Part shown: piece by piece, positions 37,779 to 50,330 of the stretch | Numbering within the stretch: the stretch's first letter is position 1 | Layout of the letters: every line of letters begins with the position of its first letter | NCBI RefSeq assembly: GCF_006345805.1 | Contig: NW_021832828.1 | Coordinates: 62,001-126,000, forward strand | From: Octopus sinensis | Lineage: Eukaryota | Length of the DNA: 64,000 nt | Direction of reading: 5' to 3' | The notes under the pieces: model-generated | Told to the model about the DNA's origin: nothing | The model's input: only the letters and a program-made list of their open reading frames with translations | The model's database searches: none | Position numbers and translations under genes: made by a program

Positions 37779-39448
37779 ATACAAAACAAGGGCAGAAAAC
37801 CGGACGATGTTACACGAATAAAAATATAAAAATACGTAAAAACAATAATGATAACATGAATAAGAATACAAAAATATGTAAAAACAATAATGATAATAAT
37901 AATAACAACAAAAACAGGACGTCACAGACAAGTGTCTTTTCGACAGGACAAGTAAATTTTTGAGCTGGCGTTAGAAAAAAGCCTTAGGGCAAGAGAGAGA
38001 AAAAAAATGTGTCTTGCCACAACGGCTGCTGACCACGAAGAGGCTAGCAATCAGTGGCTAGTCACGTGTGAGGGAAAGAGAGAGGAAAAGAGGGACAGAT
38101 GAAGAGAGAAAGAAGGGGAACAAGGAACAAAGGAGGAGGGGAATAGAGAGAGAGAGAGAAAGAGACAGATCAAAGTGGAGTGCAAAGTGTGAAAGGCAGA
38201 AAAATGTAGGAGAGGGAGGAAAGAGAGTGTTGTAGAGTCGTATATATGTATGTGTGTATGTATGTAAAATATGAAGGGCTTCTTTCAGTTTCTGCCTTTC
38301 AAATTCATTCCCATGGCTTTGGTCAGCCTTGGGCTATAGCAGAAGATATTCAAGGCGCTGCATAGTAGGTCTGAACCCAGGATCACATGGTTGGGAAGCA
38401 AGTTTCATAAGCAGCCCACCCCTTGAGAAAGAGAAAGAAAAATAAATTACTAAAGAGGTAGTAGACTTGCAAAACCTGTCTTTTTGGGGTTGTTTTCTAT
38501 TAGTGAAAAAGCAAAGAAAAAAATTTAACATTCTTTGGGTAAATTGTTAAGTTGTTGAATGTTTCAACATTTTGAAGTGTAAACAGCTGAATATATAGTA
38601 TATTTTAATAAAAATAGAATTACACACAAGCTAAACTTCCTTGAGCAGGTGAAAAGTTTTAATGGCTAAGGTAAAGACAGCCTGGTAGTGCAGGATGTAA
38701 CAAGAATTTTTCACATTCCATCAATGGATAAAAATGTTTAATGGCTACATAAATGTGTGTGTATGTGTGTATATCTGTATAGGCACACACACACACATAT
38801 ATAAATAAATCCTCTCTACTATAGCCACAAGGCCTGAAATTTCAGGGGGTGGGGACTAGTCAATTATATCGACCTTACTATTTTATTTGTTTCATTCATT
38901 TGACTGCAGCCATGACCCCATGACTCATTCTTTGTAAGCCTAGTACTTATTCTATCGGTCTCTTGCCGAACCGCTAAGTTATAGGGATGTAAACATACCA
39001 GCATCGGTTGTCAAGCAATGGTGGTGGGGGCAAACACACACACACAACGGGCTTCTTTCAGTTTCCATCTACCAAATCCACTCACAAGGCTTTGGTTGGC
39101 CCAAGGCTATAGTAGAAGACACTTGTCCAAGGTGCCATGCAGTTGGACTGAATCTGGAACCATGTGGTTGGTAAGCAAGCCACTTACCATACGGCCACTC
39201 CTGTGCCTATATCTGCATAAAAAGCATCCAGTACACTTTGTAAAATGGTTAGCATTGGGAAGGACATCCAGCCATAGAAACCATGCCAAATCAGACAAAC
39301 CATCATCCTCCTCATCATCATTTAACATTCGTTTTCCATGCTGGCAAGCCAGAGGGCTGCACTAGGTTCTATTTATGCTTGGTTTCTACAACTGGATGCC
39401 TATCCCAATGCCAATCACATTGCAGATTGTACTAGGTGCTTTTTATGC

Positions 39449-39480
<32 letters not shown>

Positions 39481-39482
39481 TA

Positions 39483-39527
<45 letters not shown>

Positions 39528-40283
39528 AAAAGAGACCCCCTTTGGAAATGACTGACCATGGGATTGCACCTAGAAAGTTCCTCTCAGAGGAACAGGTTCC
39601 AGCTAGGTTGTTTATGGAAGACCAGCAGTTGCCCATGCATACCAGTCTTCCCTATCTACACCACCAATGTTATCCAAGAGAAAAGCAAAGGTTGATACAG
39701 CTTGGCACCAGTGACATTGCGACTCATTTCTGCAGTCAAGTGAACTGGAGCAACATGAAATAAAGTGTCTTGCTCAAGAACACAACACACAGCTCGATCT
39801 GCGAATTGAACTCACTACCTCATGATTGTGAGCCTGACACTCTAACCACCAAGCCATGTGCCTTCACTAATATATATATATATACACTCACATATACCAC
39901 ACACACACACGCACAAGTTCCTATACAGTGTCTCTGCATCAGTTCCAGTCACAAGGCATCAGTTGGTCTGAGGCAATAACAGAAGACTTTTGCTCAGGAT
40001 GTTGCACAGTGTCATTGAACCTGGAACCATGTAGCTGTGAGGCAAACTTCTTAACCAACCAACCAACCAGACACATACACACACATGTGGCCATTAAACA
40101 TTTTGATCCAGTTTTAACTTTTCACCTGTCCAGAAAGGTTTAGCTTGTGTGTAATTCTATTTTTATGAAAATATACTATAAAGTTAATCAGGTACTTAAA
40201 GTTCAAAATGTACAGTGTGTATTGGGTGTTTTTTATGTGGCACCCAATACTTTCTTTTAAATGGTTGGTGTTAGGAAGGGTAT

Positions 40284-40828
40284 ATATATATGATATATTC
40301 GAATATATCAAGCCGTTGTTCGTACAGTACTTCTCTATGGCTGTGAAACGTGGCCTATGCGGGTGGTCGATCAACGAAGGCTGGAAGTCTTCGACAATGA
40401 CTGCCTCTGGTGCATTCTTCACTGCCGTCGGGTGGATGAAGTTCCCACCACCAATCTCCGACTTCGCCTGTCTCTATGGCCTCTTCCATCTGTCCTTCTG
40501 CAACGGCACTTCCGGTGGTTTGGCCATGCATGTAGGCGTCCGGTGGGTGAACTGAGCCGTGATGTCCTTCTCCCGACTCCACTTCCCAACTGGCGGAAAT
40601 GCGCGGGCGGGCAGCTGAAGACCTGGGTTACGACGATCAAGGAGGACCTCTCTGTGCTCACGGGTCCGCAGGTGGTCAGCCTGCGCCGATGGAACCGTGA
40701 CTGGCTTGCTATCTCCAGTGAACTGGTGCAGGACCGTCGTGTGTGGGCTGCCATGGTTTGAGATGCCTCGAGGGTGGTAGAAGAAGCCGACTCAACCCGC
40801 CCAGGGTGAATGTCGCCACAAGTACAAG
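40284..40828 (+). mobile_element. GC-rich RTE-clade LINE 3' fragment of a different family
   Basis: LYGCETW...RWFGHACRR, an (ACAAGT)2 tail, and a 12-bp TSD taggaagggtat at 40272-40283 and 40829-40840. Confidence 0.8.
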
Positions 40829-41315
40829 TAGGAAGGGTATCTAGCCATAGAAAGGGTTATAACCCAAACTGTCCTCTAGAAGCACATCTGCTTATTCCAG
40901 TATTCCAAAATTTTATAAAGATGTTATATATGTGTGATGCATGCCAAGGGTTGAAAAATACTGAGCAATATTTTTCACAGAGTAATTACGTATCAAGACA
41001 AGAGCTTGGGAAAAAAAGTTTTGATATTATTTATTCGCCATTACACATGTTTCATTTGCTAATAGGTGTTACAAAATTGTATATTTAGGAGAAACCTGCT
41101 AGATACCTCCTATTAGAAATTTTGCAGAGAATCAAATAATACACAATTTACGTTAGAATGAAGCTTTTATTTATAGTCAATAACTAGGAGTCCAGTAGAC
41201 AGGAGGAGTGGAGAATTAGGAACAATACTATTAATATAAAAAGAGAATTGGAGATGAATGTAATAAGTGCACACACATAAACATTCAAATTTAGATATAT
41301 ATATATATATATATC

Positions 41316-41510
41316 AAGTTAATCCAAACATGAAAACACAAAGAGGAAACACAACAATGCGAGGACGTGGAACAAGTATAGTATTATTGGACGCTCAGGA
41401 AAGAAGGAGCGTTTAATGTTTCGAGCGGAGCTCTTCATCAGAAACATAGGAAAAGGAAAGATCCAAAGAAGGGAAGATGGAGGAAAAAAAATTGCCAACG
41501 ATACACACAT
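41316..41510 (-). mobile_element. Second copy of the Penelope-like pseudo-LTR with a minimal hammerhead (41411-41445)
   Basis: Minus strand reads GTTT-CTGATGA-A-GAGC-TCC-GCTC-GAAACATT-AAAC and abuts (TA)n. Confidence 0.7.
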
Positions 41511-41743
41511 GCACACACATTTGCAAATACACATACACACATACATATAAACTCATACATACACATATTTATGCATGTATATATGTATGTATAAGTGAAT
41601 GTATACGCGTGTGTATATATGTTCTGTTTTGATTATATATATGAACCAAGGATAGGACAGAAAGAACATGACAAAAACAACACACAGAAAAATAGACGAT
41701 AACATAACAAACAGGAAACTGGACAAAACCAAGAAACATGGCC

Positions 41744-41886
41744 CATTCGCAGCATATTTCCTCATCAGTCAGAGTCTGGAAGATCTTCATGGTTTTGCAC
41801 ATTTTTATCCCTGAGACCACTTGAATCCAGCAAGTGCCAGAGCGTTAAGCTAAAAGCATTAAGCTTCTGGGGAAAGCAAGCGATTG
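41744..41886 (-). ncRNA. Permuted hammerhead-like structured RNA, element B (within a repeat at about 41640-42480)
   Basis: Order is GUGGUC|UCAGGG...GUGC-AAAA-CCAU...CUCUGA-CUGAUGA. Same architecture as element A with different stem sequences. Confidence 0.6.
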
Positions 41887-43858
41887 TATACAAGAATGAA
41901 AACAAGAACAAGAAAGCAAGAATTATATGCATACAACAGACAAACGCCTTCTTGCTATACCACAAAATGAAAATAATTGTACATTTACAAATGAATAAAT
42001 AACAGAAAGTGTCTTTTGACTATTAGATGAACAAACATGATGAAATAATAATACAAGTGCAACAGAAAAGGAATTAGACATATAGAATGGACAAACGCCT
42101 TTTGGCTATAAATAACAAAATGAAAATTGTACAATTATGACATAAATAACAAAAAGGGATCTTTTGTCTATCAGATGAATGTAGTAAGGATGGTGTGAAG
42201 GAGAAATGGGAGGTCTTAACAGACCAAGCAAGAGGATGGACAAACATGACTGCTGGTCAGAAAAGGGCGGACAGCAATCATGTGGTAGGAGAGGGTAAGA
42301 GTTGTAGAGGGCAGAGGGATTAAAGAATTAGAGGGAGGGGAGGAAAGAGGGACTAAGGAATAAGAGAGAGGGGAAAAGAGATCAAAGGGACTAAAGAATG
42401 AGAGGGAGGGGAAGAGAGAGAGAGAGAGAGAGAAAGGTATAAAGGAGACAACTGAAGAAGGAAAGCAGAGGGAGGAGATATATATTGCATGCACCTTCTA
42501 CTATACCTTCAATGAAAATGTTGTGAATGGATATGGTAGAGTGAAAGTGAAACTGAAAGAAGTGCATTGTATATATGTATCTGTGTCTGCATACGTCTTG
42601 TCTTTACATTGCACACTGTACCTTTTCACTGTGGTCATCCATGGGAGTTGATAAAATAAAGCATCAATCTTCTACTGGAATTGACTCTATAATTGACTCT
42701 TCATCACCCGACAAATTGTGTCTGAGTTAGAAATTATTATTATTATTAGTGATTTCTTATATAAATACAAAATTTCAAATTCAAGTCATGGGCTAAAGTC
42801 AGTTATATCGATCTTGATTTTATTGCCACTAGAAGGATGGATGGCTCAGTGGTTAGAGCATCGGGCTCACAGTCATGAGGTCATAAGTTTGATTCCTGGA
42901 TCAGGCTGTGTGTTGTGTTCTTGACCAAGACACTTTATTTAATGTTGCTCCAGTTCACTCAGCTGTAAAAATGAGTTGTGACATCACTGGTGCCATACTG
43001 TATCAGTCTTTGCCTTTCCCTTCGATAACATTGATGGTGTGGAGAGGAGAGGCTGGTCTTCCATATATAACCTTGCCTGAACTTGTGTCTTGGAGGGTAA
43101 CTTTCTATGTGCAATCCTATGGTCATTCATGACTGAAAGTGGTCTTTACTCTTGACTTGACTTTACTCTAGAAAGATGGAAGGTGAAGTTAAGCTTGGTA
43201 GGAGTTGAACTCAGAACATAATGAACTCAAATGAAATATTACAAGATATTTGTTTACAGCTCTTAATAGTTCTGCCAGCTTGCTGCTGTTTTTGCCAAAA
43301 TTCAGTTAAATTTGTGAGATGTTTTTCAGTAGGAGTCTGGTTAGTTGTACATGTTTGCTGCAGGACAATTTAATTAGCTGAGACTAGTGTTGCTTCTTAA
43401 TTGCAGTATTTTCTTTTCTTAGAAGGAAGGGGAAGGGTTTCAATTTGCATGATCTAATTAGGTGGAAGTAAAGTCCTGGAGATAATTAACAAATGTTGTT
43501 TGGTTAGAATATGGTAGAAAAGAAATTTAATGGAAAAACTCAGTCTTTGTTGATGTTTGGCAGTTCTAATAAGGCATAAATTATTTAAGCATGACAATTT
43601 GAAAGGAAGTTACTTTGAAATGAGGAGTTGTAAGGAGCAAAGATTTTAGTAAGAGCAATATTTTAGAGTAGGATAACTAGATTCATATGATTTGGATAAT
43701 CTTTGGCTCAGGTGTGGCTGTTTGATGAGAAGTTTCCTTCTTAACCACATGGTTCCAGGTTCAGTCCCACTGTATGACACCTTTGGCAGTTGTCTTCTAC
43801 TTGGACTGACAAAGACCTTATGAACGGATTTGGTAGGCAGAAACTGAAAGAAGCTTGT

Positions 43859-43911
<53 letters not shown>

Positions 43912-43913
<2 letters not shown>

Positions 43914-44302
43914 GAGTGGCTGTGTGGTAAGTAGCATGTTTACCAACCACATGGTTCCGGGTTCAGTCCCACTGCGTGGCACCTTGGGCAAGTGTCTTCT
44001 ACTATAGCTTCGGGCTGACCAAAGCCCTGTGAGTGGATTTGGTAGACGGAAACTGAAAGAAGCCCGTTGTATATATGTATGTATATATATGTATGTGTGT
44101 GTGTGTCTGTGTTTGTCCCCCAACATCACTTAACAACCGATGCTGGTGTGTTTATGTCCCCGTTACTTAGCGGTTTGGCAAAGAGACCAATAGAATAAGT
44201 ACTGGGCTTACAAAAGAATAAGACCCGGGGTCGAGTTGCTCGATTAAAGGCGGTGCTCCAGCATGGCCGCAGTCAAATGACTGAAACAAGTAAAAGAGTA
44301 AA
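43912..44302 (+). mobile_element. SINE of the same family, nested in the TA tract of an older copy
   Basis: The older copy's head is at about 43710-43860 and its body resumes at about 44350-44560. Confidence 0.75.
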
Positions 44303-45840
44303 ACATGTGTTTGTGTGTGTGTTTATGTGTGTGTATATATATATATATATGTGTGTGTGTGTCTGTGCCCCACCACTGTTTGACAACTGGTGTTGGTGTG
44401 TTTATGTCCCTGTGGTTCGGTAAAAGAAACCAATAGAATAAGTACTAGGCTTAATGGAAAAATAAGTCCTGGGATTGATTCATTTTACAAAAAATTCTTC
44501 AAGGCAGTGCTCCAGCATGGCCATGGTCTAATGACTGAAGCAAGGTAAAAGGTTAAAAGATGATTGTAGACACCAGTATGGTCGTGTCGTTTAGCAGTTT
44601 GCATCACAACTGCATGGTACATGGTGCATGTATCTTCTACTGGACCTCTAGGCTAACTAATTGCTTTGTGAGTGAATTTGTTTGCTGGAAAAGTGTGCAG
44701 GAGCCTTGTGAACGTGTGTGTGTGTATGTATGTGTCTTTGCATTGCTCTGTGTCACTCAACGACCAGTGTTGGTCTGTTGATGTTTCTCTTTTATAAAAA
44801 AAAATATAAAAAAATGAGGCTCACAGAATAAATACTAGAGTTGAAATAAGTACTGTGGTTGATTTGTTTGACTAAATCCTTCAAGATGGAACTTCAGCTT
44901 GGCACATGCAGCCTTTAATGTCTGAAACAAGTAAAAAAAAAGAAATCAGATGTGTTTATGTATTTATTCATGGATTAGCTCACAGGAAATGACATTACTC
45001 ACTATCTCTATAGGCATTCTGAGACTTTTTAAGGATATAGTTTATGTTTAGTTGGACACTGGTCAGGTCGGTTTGGAAGAAGATGATTGGTGCTGTGGAG
45101 GGTGGAAGATAAGGGAGGTGACATAGTATAGGTGCTTAGAGGAGAAAACAGGTGTGAGCTTGAAGTAGAGAAAATTTGAGAAGATGAAATATGATTTTTA
45201 TCTAATATTTGATTAAGTAAAATAGTTACTGAAAGCTGGTGTGAAATTCTTAGAAAGCTGTTCCATTTTAATGATGGAAGAAGCTGGCAGAATTGTTTGC
45301 ACACTGGGCAAAATGCTTAGTGGTATTTTGTCTGTCTGTATGTTTTCAGTTCAAATTATGCTGCGGTCGACTTTGCCTTTCATCCTTTTGGGGTTGATGA
45401 AATAATTACCAGCTGATCACTGGGGTTGATGTAGTTGGCTTACTCCCTTCCCTGAAATTTCTAGCCTTTTGCCAAAATTTTAAACCAATTGTGGAAGGAC
45501 ACAGATATGTCTAAATTTCTTCTCACAGGCACCAAAGAATAGATTTCAAAGCATATAACCAATGGAGCCTGTCTGTAACCTGACTGCCCTAAAATATTTC
45601 CGTATTGCTTTGATGTAGTCTAAAAATATCTTAGTGTTTCTTCTTTGAAGCTATGAAGAATTGTTTCGCTCCAGTTGTTGTATAGCTTTTGTTATCTAAC
45701 TTTATCTACAAGAGAAGGTGCCTCTCAGTCTAGCTGTTTATATTAAAACAGTCCACAAACATTATAATTTCTCTTTACTCATATCTGTCCCAATGTAAAT
45801 GTGATGTTACATTTATATATATATATGCATTTGTGTATGA

Positions 45841-45888
<48 letters not shown>

Positions 45889-48800
45889 GTGTGTGTGTGT
45901 GTGTGTGTGTGAGTATACATGTAGGTAAAATAGCACTTATGGAATGAGGAGATTAACAGATGGACAGTTGGACAGCATGACAAGTTACAACTGGTAAATG
46001 TAAATTCTAAAGGTGGTGGAAAAATGTAAACCTACAAAAAAATAATATAAGAAGTTGTATGCCTAATAAAAGGAAAGAAGTAGATGGACGTTTTTGATGA
46101 ATAAACAAGAAAAGAAAAGTAAAAAATACCTGCTTAAAGCATGTATGTATCTTTTGATGACATGTGCTTTAAACAGGTATTGTTGTGGTAGCCTGTCCTT
46201 GCTATGCTATGTTAATATTCTTGGAACAGTCTGGAAGGGTAAAAATTTTGGCTTTTTTCCATTCTTGAAGTCAAAGTATCTAATCACTCGTTTAGAAAAT
46301 ATTGGAGGTTACAAGATATATGGAAAAAAAAAATACTTAGAAAATATTTTGTGTACTGTTTTTGACTATCCTTTTCAGTTTTTTCGCTTGAACTGACTTT
46401 TGACATAGCTAGCTAGTTCATGTATTTAGGAACAGGCCATAGCTGTCTTGTGGTCATGTTTGTACATCCACTTATTGAGATGATACACACACACACGCTT
46501 GAAGTTGAATCATTCTTGATGTTACTCAGAACAAACGAAACAAACTTCTAAGTTCAAGTCTCACTGAGGGTTGAATTTAGAATGTAAAGAGCTGTAACCA
46601 ATACTGCAAGGTATTTTGTGTGACAGTTGAACAGTTCTGCTAATCCCCTAAGCCTCAAATTTGAGGAATGGGTATGTTTGGTTGTATTGACTCCAGTACC
46701 CAACTGGTTTTTATCATCCCTCCTCGAATTGGCTAAAGTCAAAGTTGATTTTGGCAGGATTTGAACTCAGAATGTAAAGGTACACAACTGAATACTGAAA
46801 AGCATTATATCCAAAACTCTACCGATTCTGAGAATCCACTGCTCTAATAATAAAAATGAAGACAATGATAATAGTAATTCTTTCTTCTATAGGCTTATGG
46901 TCTGAAATTTTGGAGTGAAGGGGCCAGTTGCTTACGTTGACCTTAGAGCATGATTTGTACCTATTTTATTGACCTCATAAGTATGAAAGGCAAAGTTGAC
47001 CTCTGGACTTAAAATATAAAGAGCATTGTGTTTGACTTGCCAATGATTCTACCAGTTTGCAGTTCACTACCTTATTAATAATAGTAAGAAAGTAAAGTTC
47101 CTTCCCAAGTCATATAGACTCACAGGGTTGGCTTCCTGGTTTCCCACCTGGATGAGATACCCGTGCATTGCAGGATTACTTATTTTTGCCAGGTCAAGAA
47201 CACAACACATGACTTGGTCCAGGAATAAAAAGCCACAATCTTGTGATCATGCGTCCAACACCCTAACCACCAAGCCATGTGCCTCCACTCTTGATAATAA
47301 TAATAATAATAATAATAATAATAGGGTGATCATTATCAGAATTAATAGAGTTTTGGACTAAAATGTCTCACTGTCTTTAGTTCCAGCCATTCTAACTTTA
47401 AATCTTAGTGAAGTCAAGTTTGCCCTCATTCCACAGTTGTTAAAATAGGTACCAATCAGGTACTGGAGTCAATGAAATTGTCTAAACCCTTCAATGTTCT
47501 TTTCCCAGTTGTTCACATCATTTTTTTTGTTTTAGTAAGGATGCTTGGTTATGTATTTCATTTTATCTTGGCTCTTTGGGACACTTTTCTCCATACTGTT
47601 TATTTGTCAAAAGTTCTTTTGAATTTTTTGTTTCCTTCTTGTGTGCCTCCCCTTTAACCCTTCTATTGAAGACAACCTCCTGCATGAACTCTATTCCATT
47701 TTTTGGGGGGATTAGACTTGGAGATGTATTAGGTCAACAGAGTTCAAACGGTTCAGCTTGTGATGTTTGTTGTAATGATTTACTTGTGACAACACATTCA
47801 TAATAACTACAGCTGTCATCACCAGTCTTATATATCTTTCTTGAAAACAAACATTCCATAAAAACTAGTTTTACATTATTCATTTCAAAAAAAAAAAAAG
47901 AAAAGAAAGAAAATTAAATTCTAGAACATTCTTGTATTTCCTGTTGTGTTTGCTTGGCTATATATTTTAATTTTCTTTTAATTCTTTTTTTAACTTCCTG
48001 TTCTGGATCTTGTGTTCTTGCTCCTACTTCTTTCTTCTTGATACCAGAGAACAAGATTAGTAGTAGCAGTTGCCATGGTAGTGGTGCTAGTGACAGAAGA
48101 ATGGATAGTTTGGTTGTTTTAGCACCACACAGTGTCAAAATAACTATTAGATGTATACACCCCCTTGTTTTAGCATCATGGTGTGTCGAAATAGCTGTTA
48201 GGTGATAGAATGCCATATTTATTATATGGCCTTTATAGTCATTACTTGTAATTCAGCTTTTAAATAAGTAGCCCTGAGTGTTGAACTTGTGTTTGTTTGC
48301 TGGAAGAAAGAATTGAACCAGAATACAAACTGAAACTTTTGTTATTCTTGCTGTTTGATACATAGGATCTGCATGATCCATCTAGCAGATCTCTCTAATC
48401 AAAATGGTTTCTAGATGTGAACATGTCATTCTTTTCACTCAGACACTGAATATCTAAAACACTATCAACAAATCCTTTTTTTTTAATTTTCAGTAGGGTG
48501 TGGTTCTTTGTAAGTCAAGTGACTTTAGAGAGCGTCTTTTATTTTATTGTTTCAGTGTTTTGAAAACCAAGCTGTTATCTTATAAGATGCTGTTTAGTTT
48601 CTGTTGTTGGCACTTCTATTTAGATAATTACTTTATTGTGAGGTTTTGTTCAATTACATGAAATTTCATTGCCAATGTCCTACGTTTCTATTTCTCAGTG
48701 CCTTGGGAAGGGCTATGGGGAGTCAACTTCGAAAGCAGATTGAGTGGAATATGTCAAGCAGTCTGGTGCCCTGTTTGACACTCTTCCAGCAATTCCAGGA

Positions 48801-50330
48801 TAGGTGAAGCTCTCTAGTCCTGTGAAGCAATGCACCAAGGAGAAGGCCACTCCAGCTTCCTGGTCACTACAGCTGTCTTAACCTGTTGAGTGACTGTGGT
48901 CAGACCCACAAGTCTAAAGGATGGGGGTCAGATTGCATAGGTTCACTCACACTTTAACCTTTTAACATTTAAATCAGCCATATCTGTCCCAAATATTCTG
49001 TCTGTTTTATGTTGGAACTGGCTATATTTCAGTCTCTCACACCTACCATATAATGTCATTTTAAAAATAAATAATTACATCATTGAAATTTCAACACAAA
49101 AGATAATGCAAATAAATAAGCATTTACATTGAACAAAATAATCCAAATGTTAAAGGGTTAAAACTACTAAGTGCAGGCAGGAAAACCTCTGCAGTATCAA
49201 GGATCAGTTTGCATAGCCACATGAAAGAGTGCCACTCTTTCATGTGGTCTTCAGTCATGATGAAATTGCCATCATGTTTCTGTTTGTTACAATCTGTTTT
49301 GTTGTTGAGTATCAAAAATAGAGGCATTTTATCTGGTAGTGATGTGACCCTCTGAGTGTTCTCATTAAATTTGCTGAGTTAATTGCCCCAACATTATGTA
49401 ATATCCGTTGTTAGTCTCACACCTGACAAAGAAAGAGGTGAAGGTTCAATTCTGGAGGGATGGCTGCTGATTATACCAATTGTGCTGGTGTCACATAAAA
49501 AGCACCCAACACAGTCTGTAAAACGGTTGGTGTTAGGAAGGGCATCCAGCTGTAGAAACCAAGCCAAAACAGACTAAAGAACCTGGCGTGGACCCAGCTA
49601 TTTAACCCATGTCAGCATGGAAAATGGATGTTAAATGCCAATGAATGATGATGATGTAATCTTTCTATTTTTGGCACCAGGCTAACAATTTTGAGGGTAA
49701 GGCGCAAGTCAATTACATTGACCATTCCCACTTCCCTGGACAATTGACTGGTACTTAATTTTTTTTGACTCCATAAAGATGAAAGGCAAAGTTCTCTGTG
49801 GCAGTATTTGAAATCAACTATAAAGAGCTGGAAGAAATGAAGCATTTTGTTCGACATGCAAACAGTTCTACCAACTTGTTAACTGACAGTAAAACACAAG
49901 CAAGTATTTGACAACTTCTCATCCTTCCTTGAGAGTATATTACCTTGAACATACACATCTTGAATATTCAAGAGACATCTTTAGGTCTAGTTATTGTGGC
50001 TTTGCAAGGACAAGTTTTTTTTATTTCTATCTGTAAAATACACGTGAAAAGTTTATGAAAAATTCACGTTGTTTCTGATGTAATTTTGTTTATGGCAACT
50101 GTCAGAAATTTTGGTTAGATTGTTGGAACTCTGCATTTCTGAAATTCCATCCCTGAAACACAAATATGCCACATTTTTATATATATATATATTAAACTGA
50201 ATTTTGAAGCTAGTTTTAGGGTAGCTACTGGACATGACTGACAGATTTATTGTAAAGTTTGTGTCGACTGAGACTTTACTATAAGAAAAAGTGTACATAT
50301 GTGTATGTGTGTGTATTTATATATATATAT

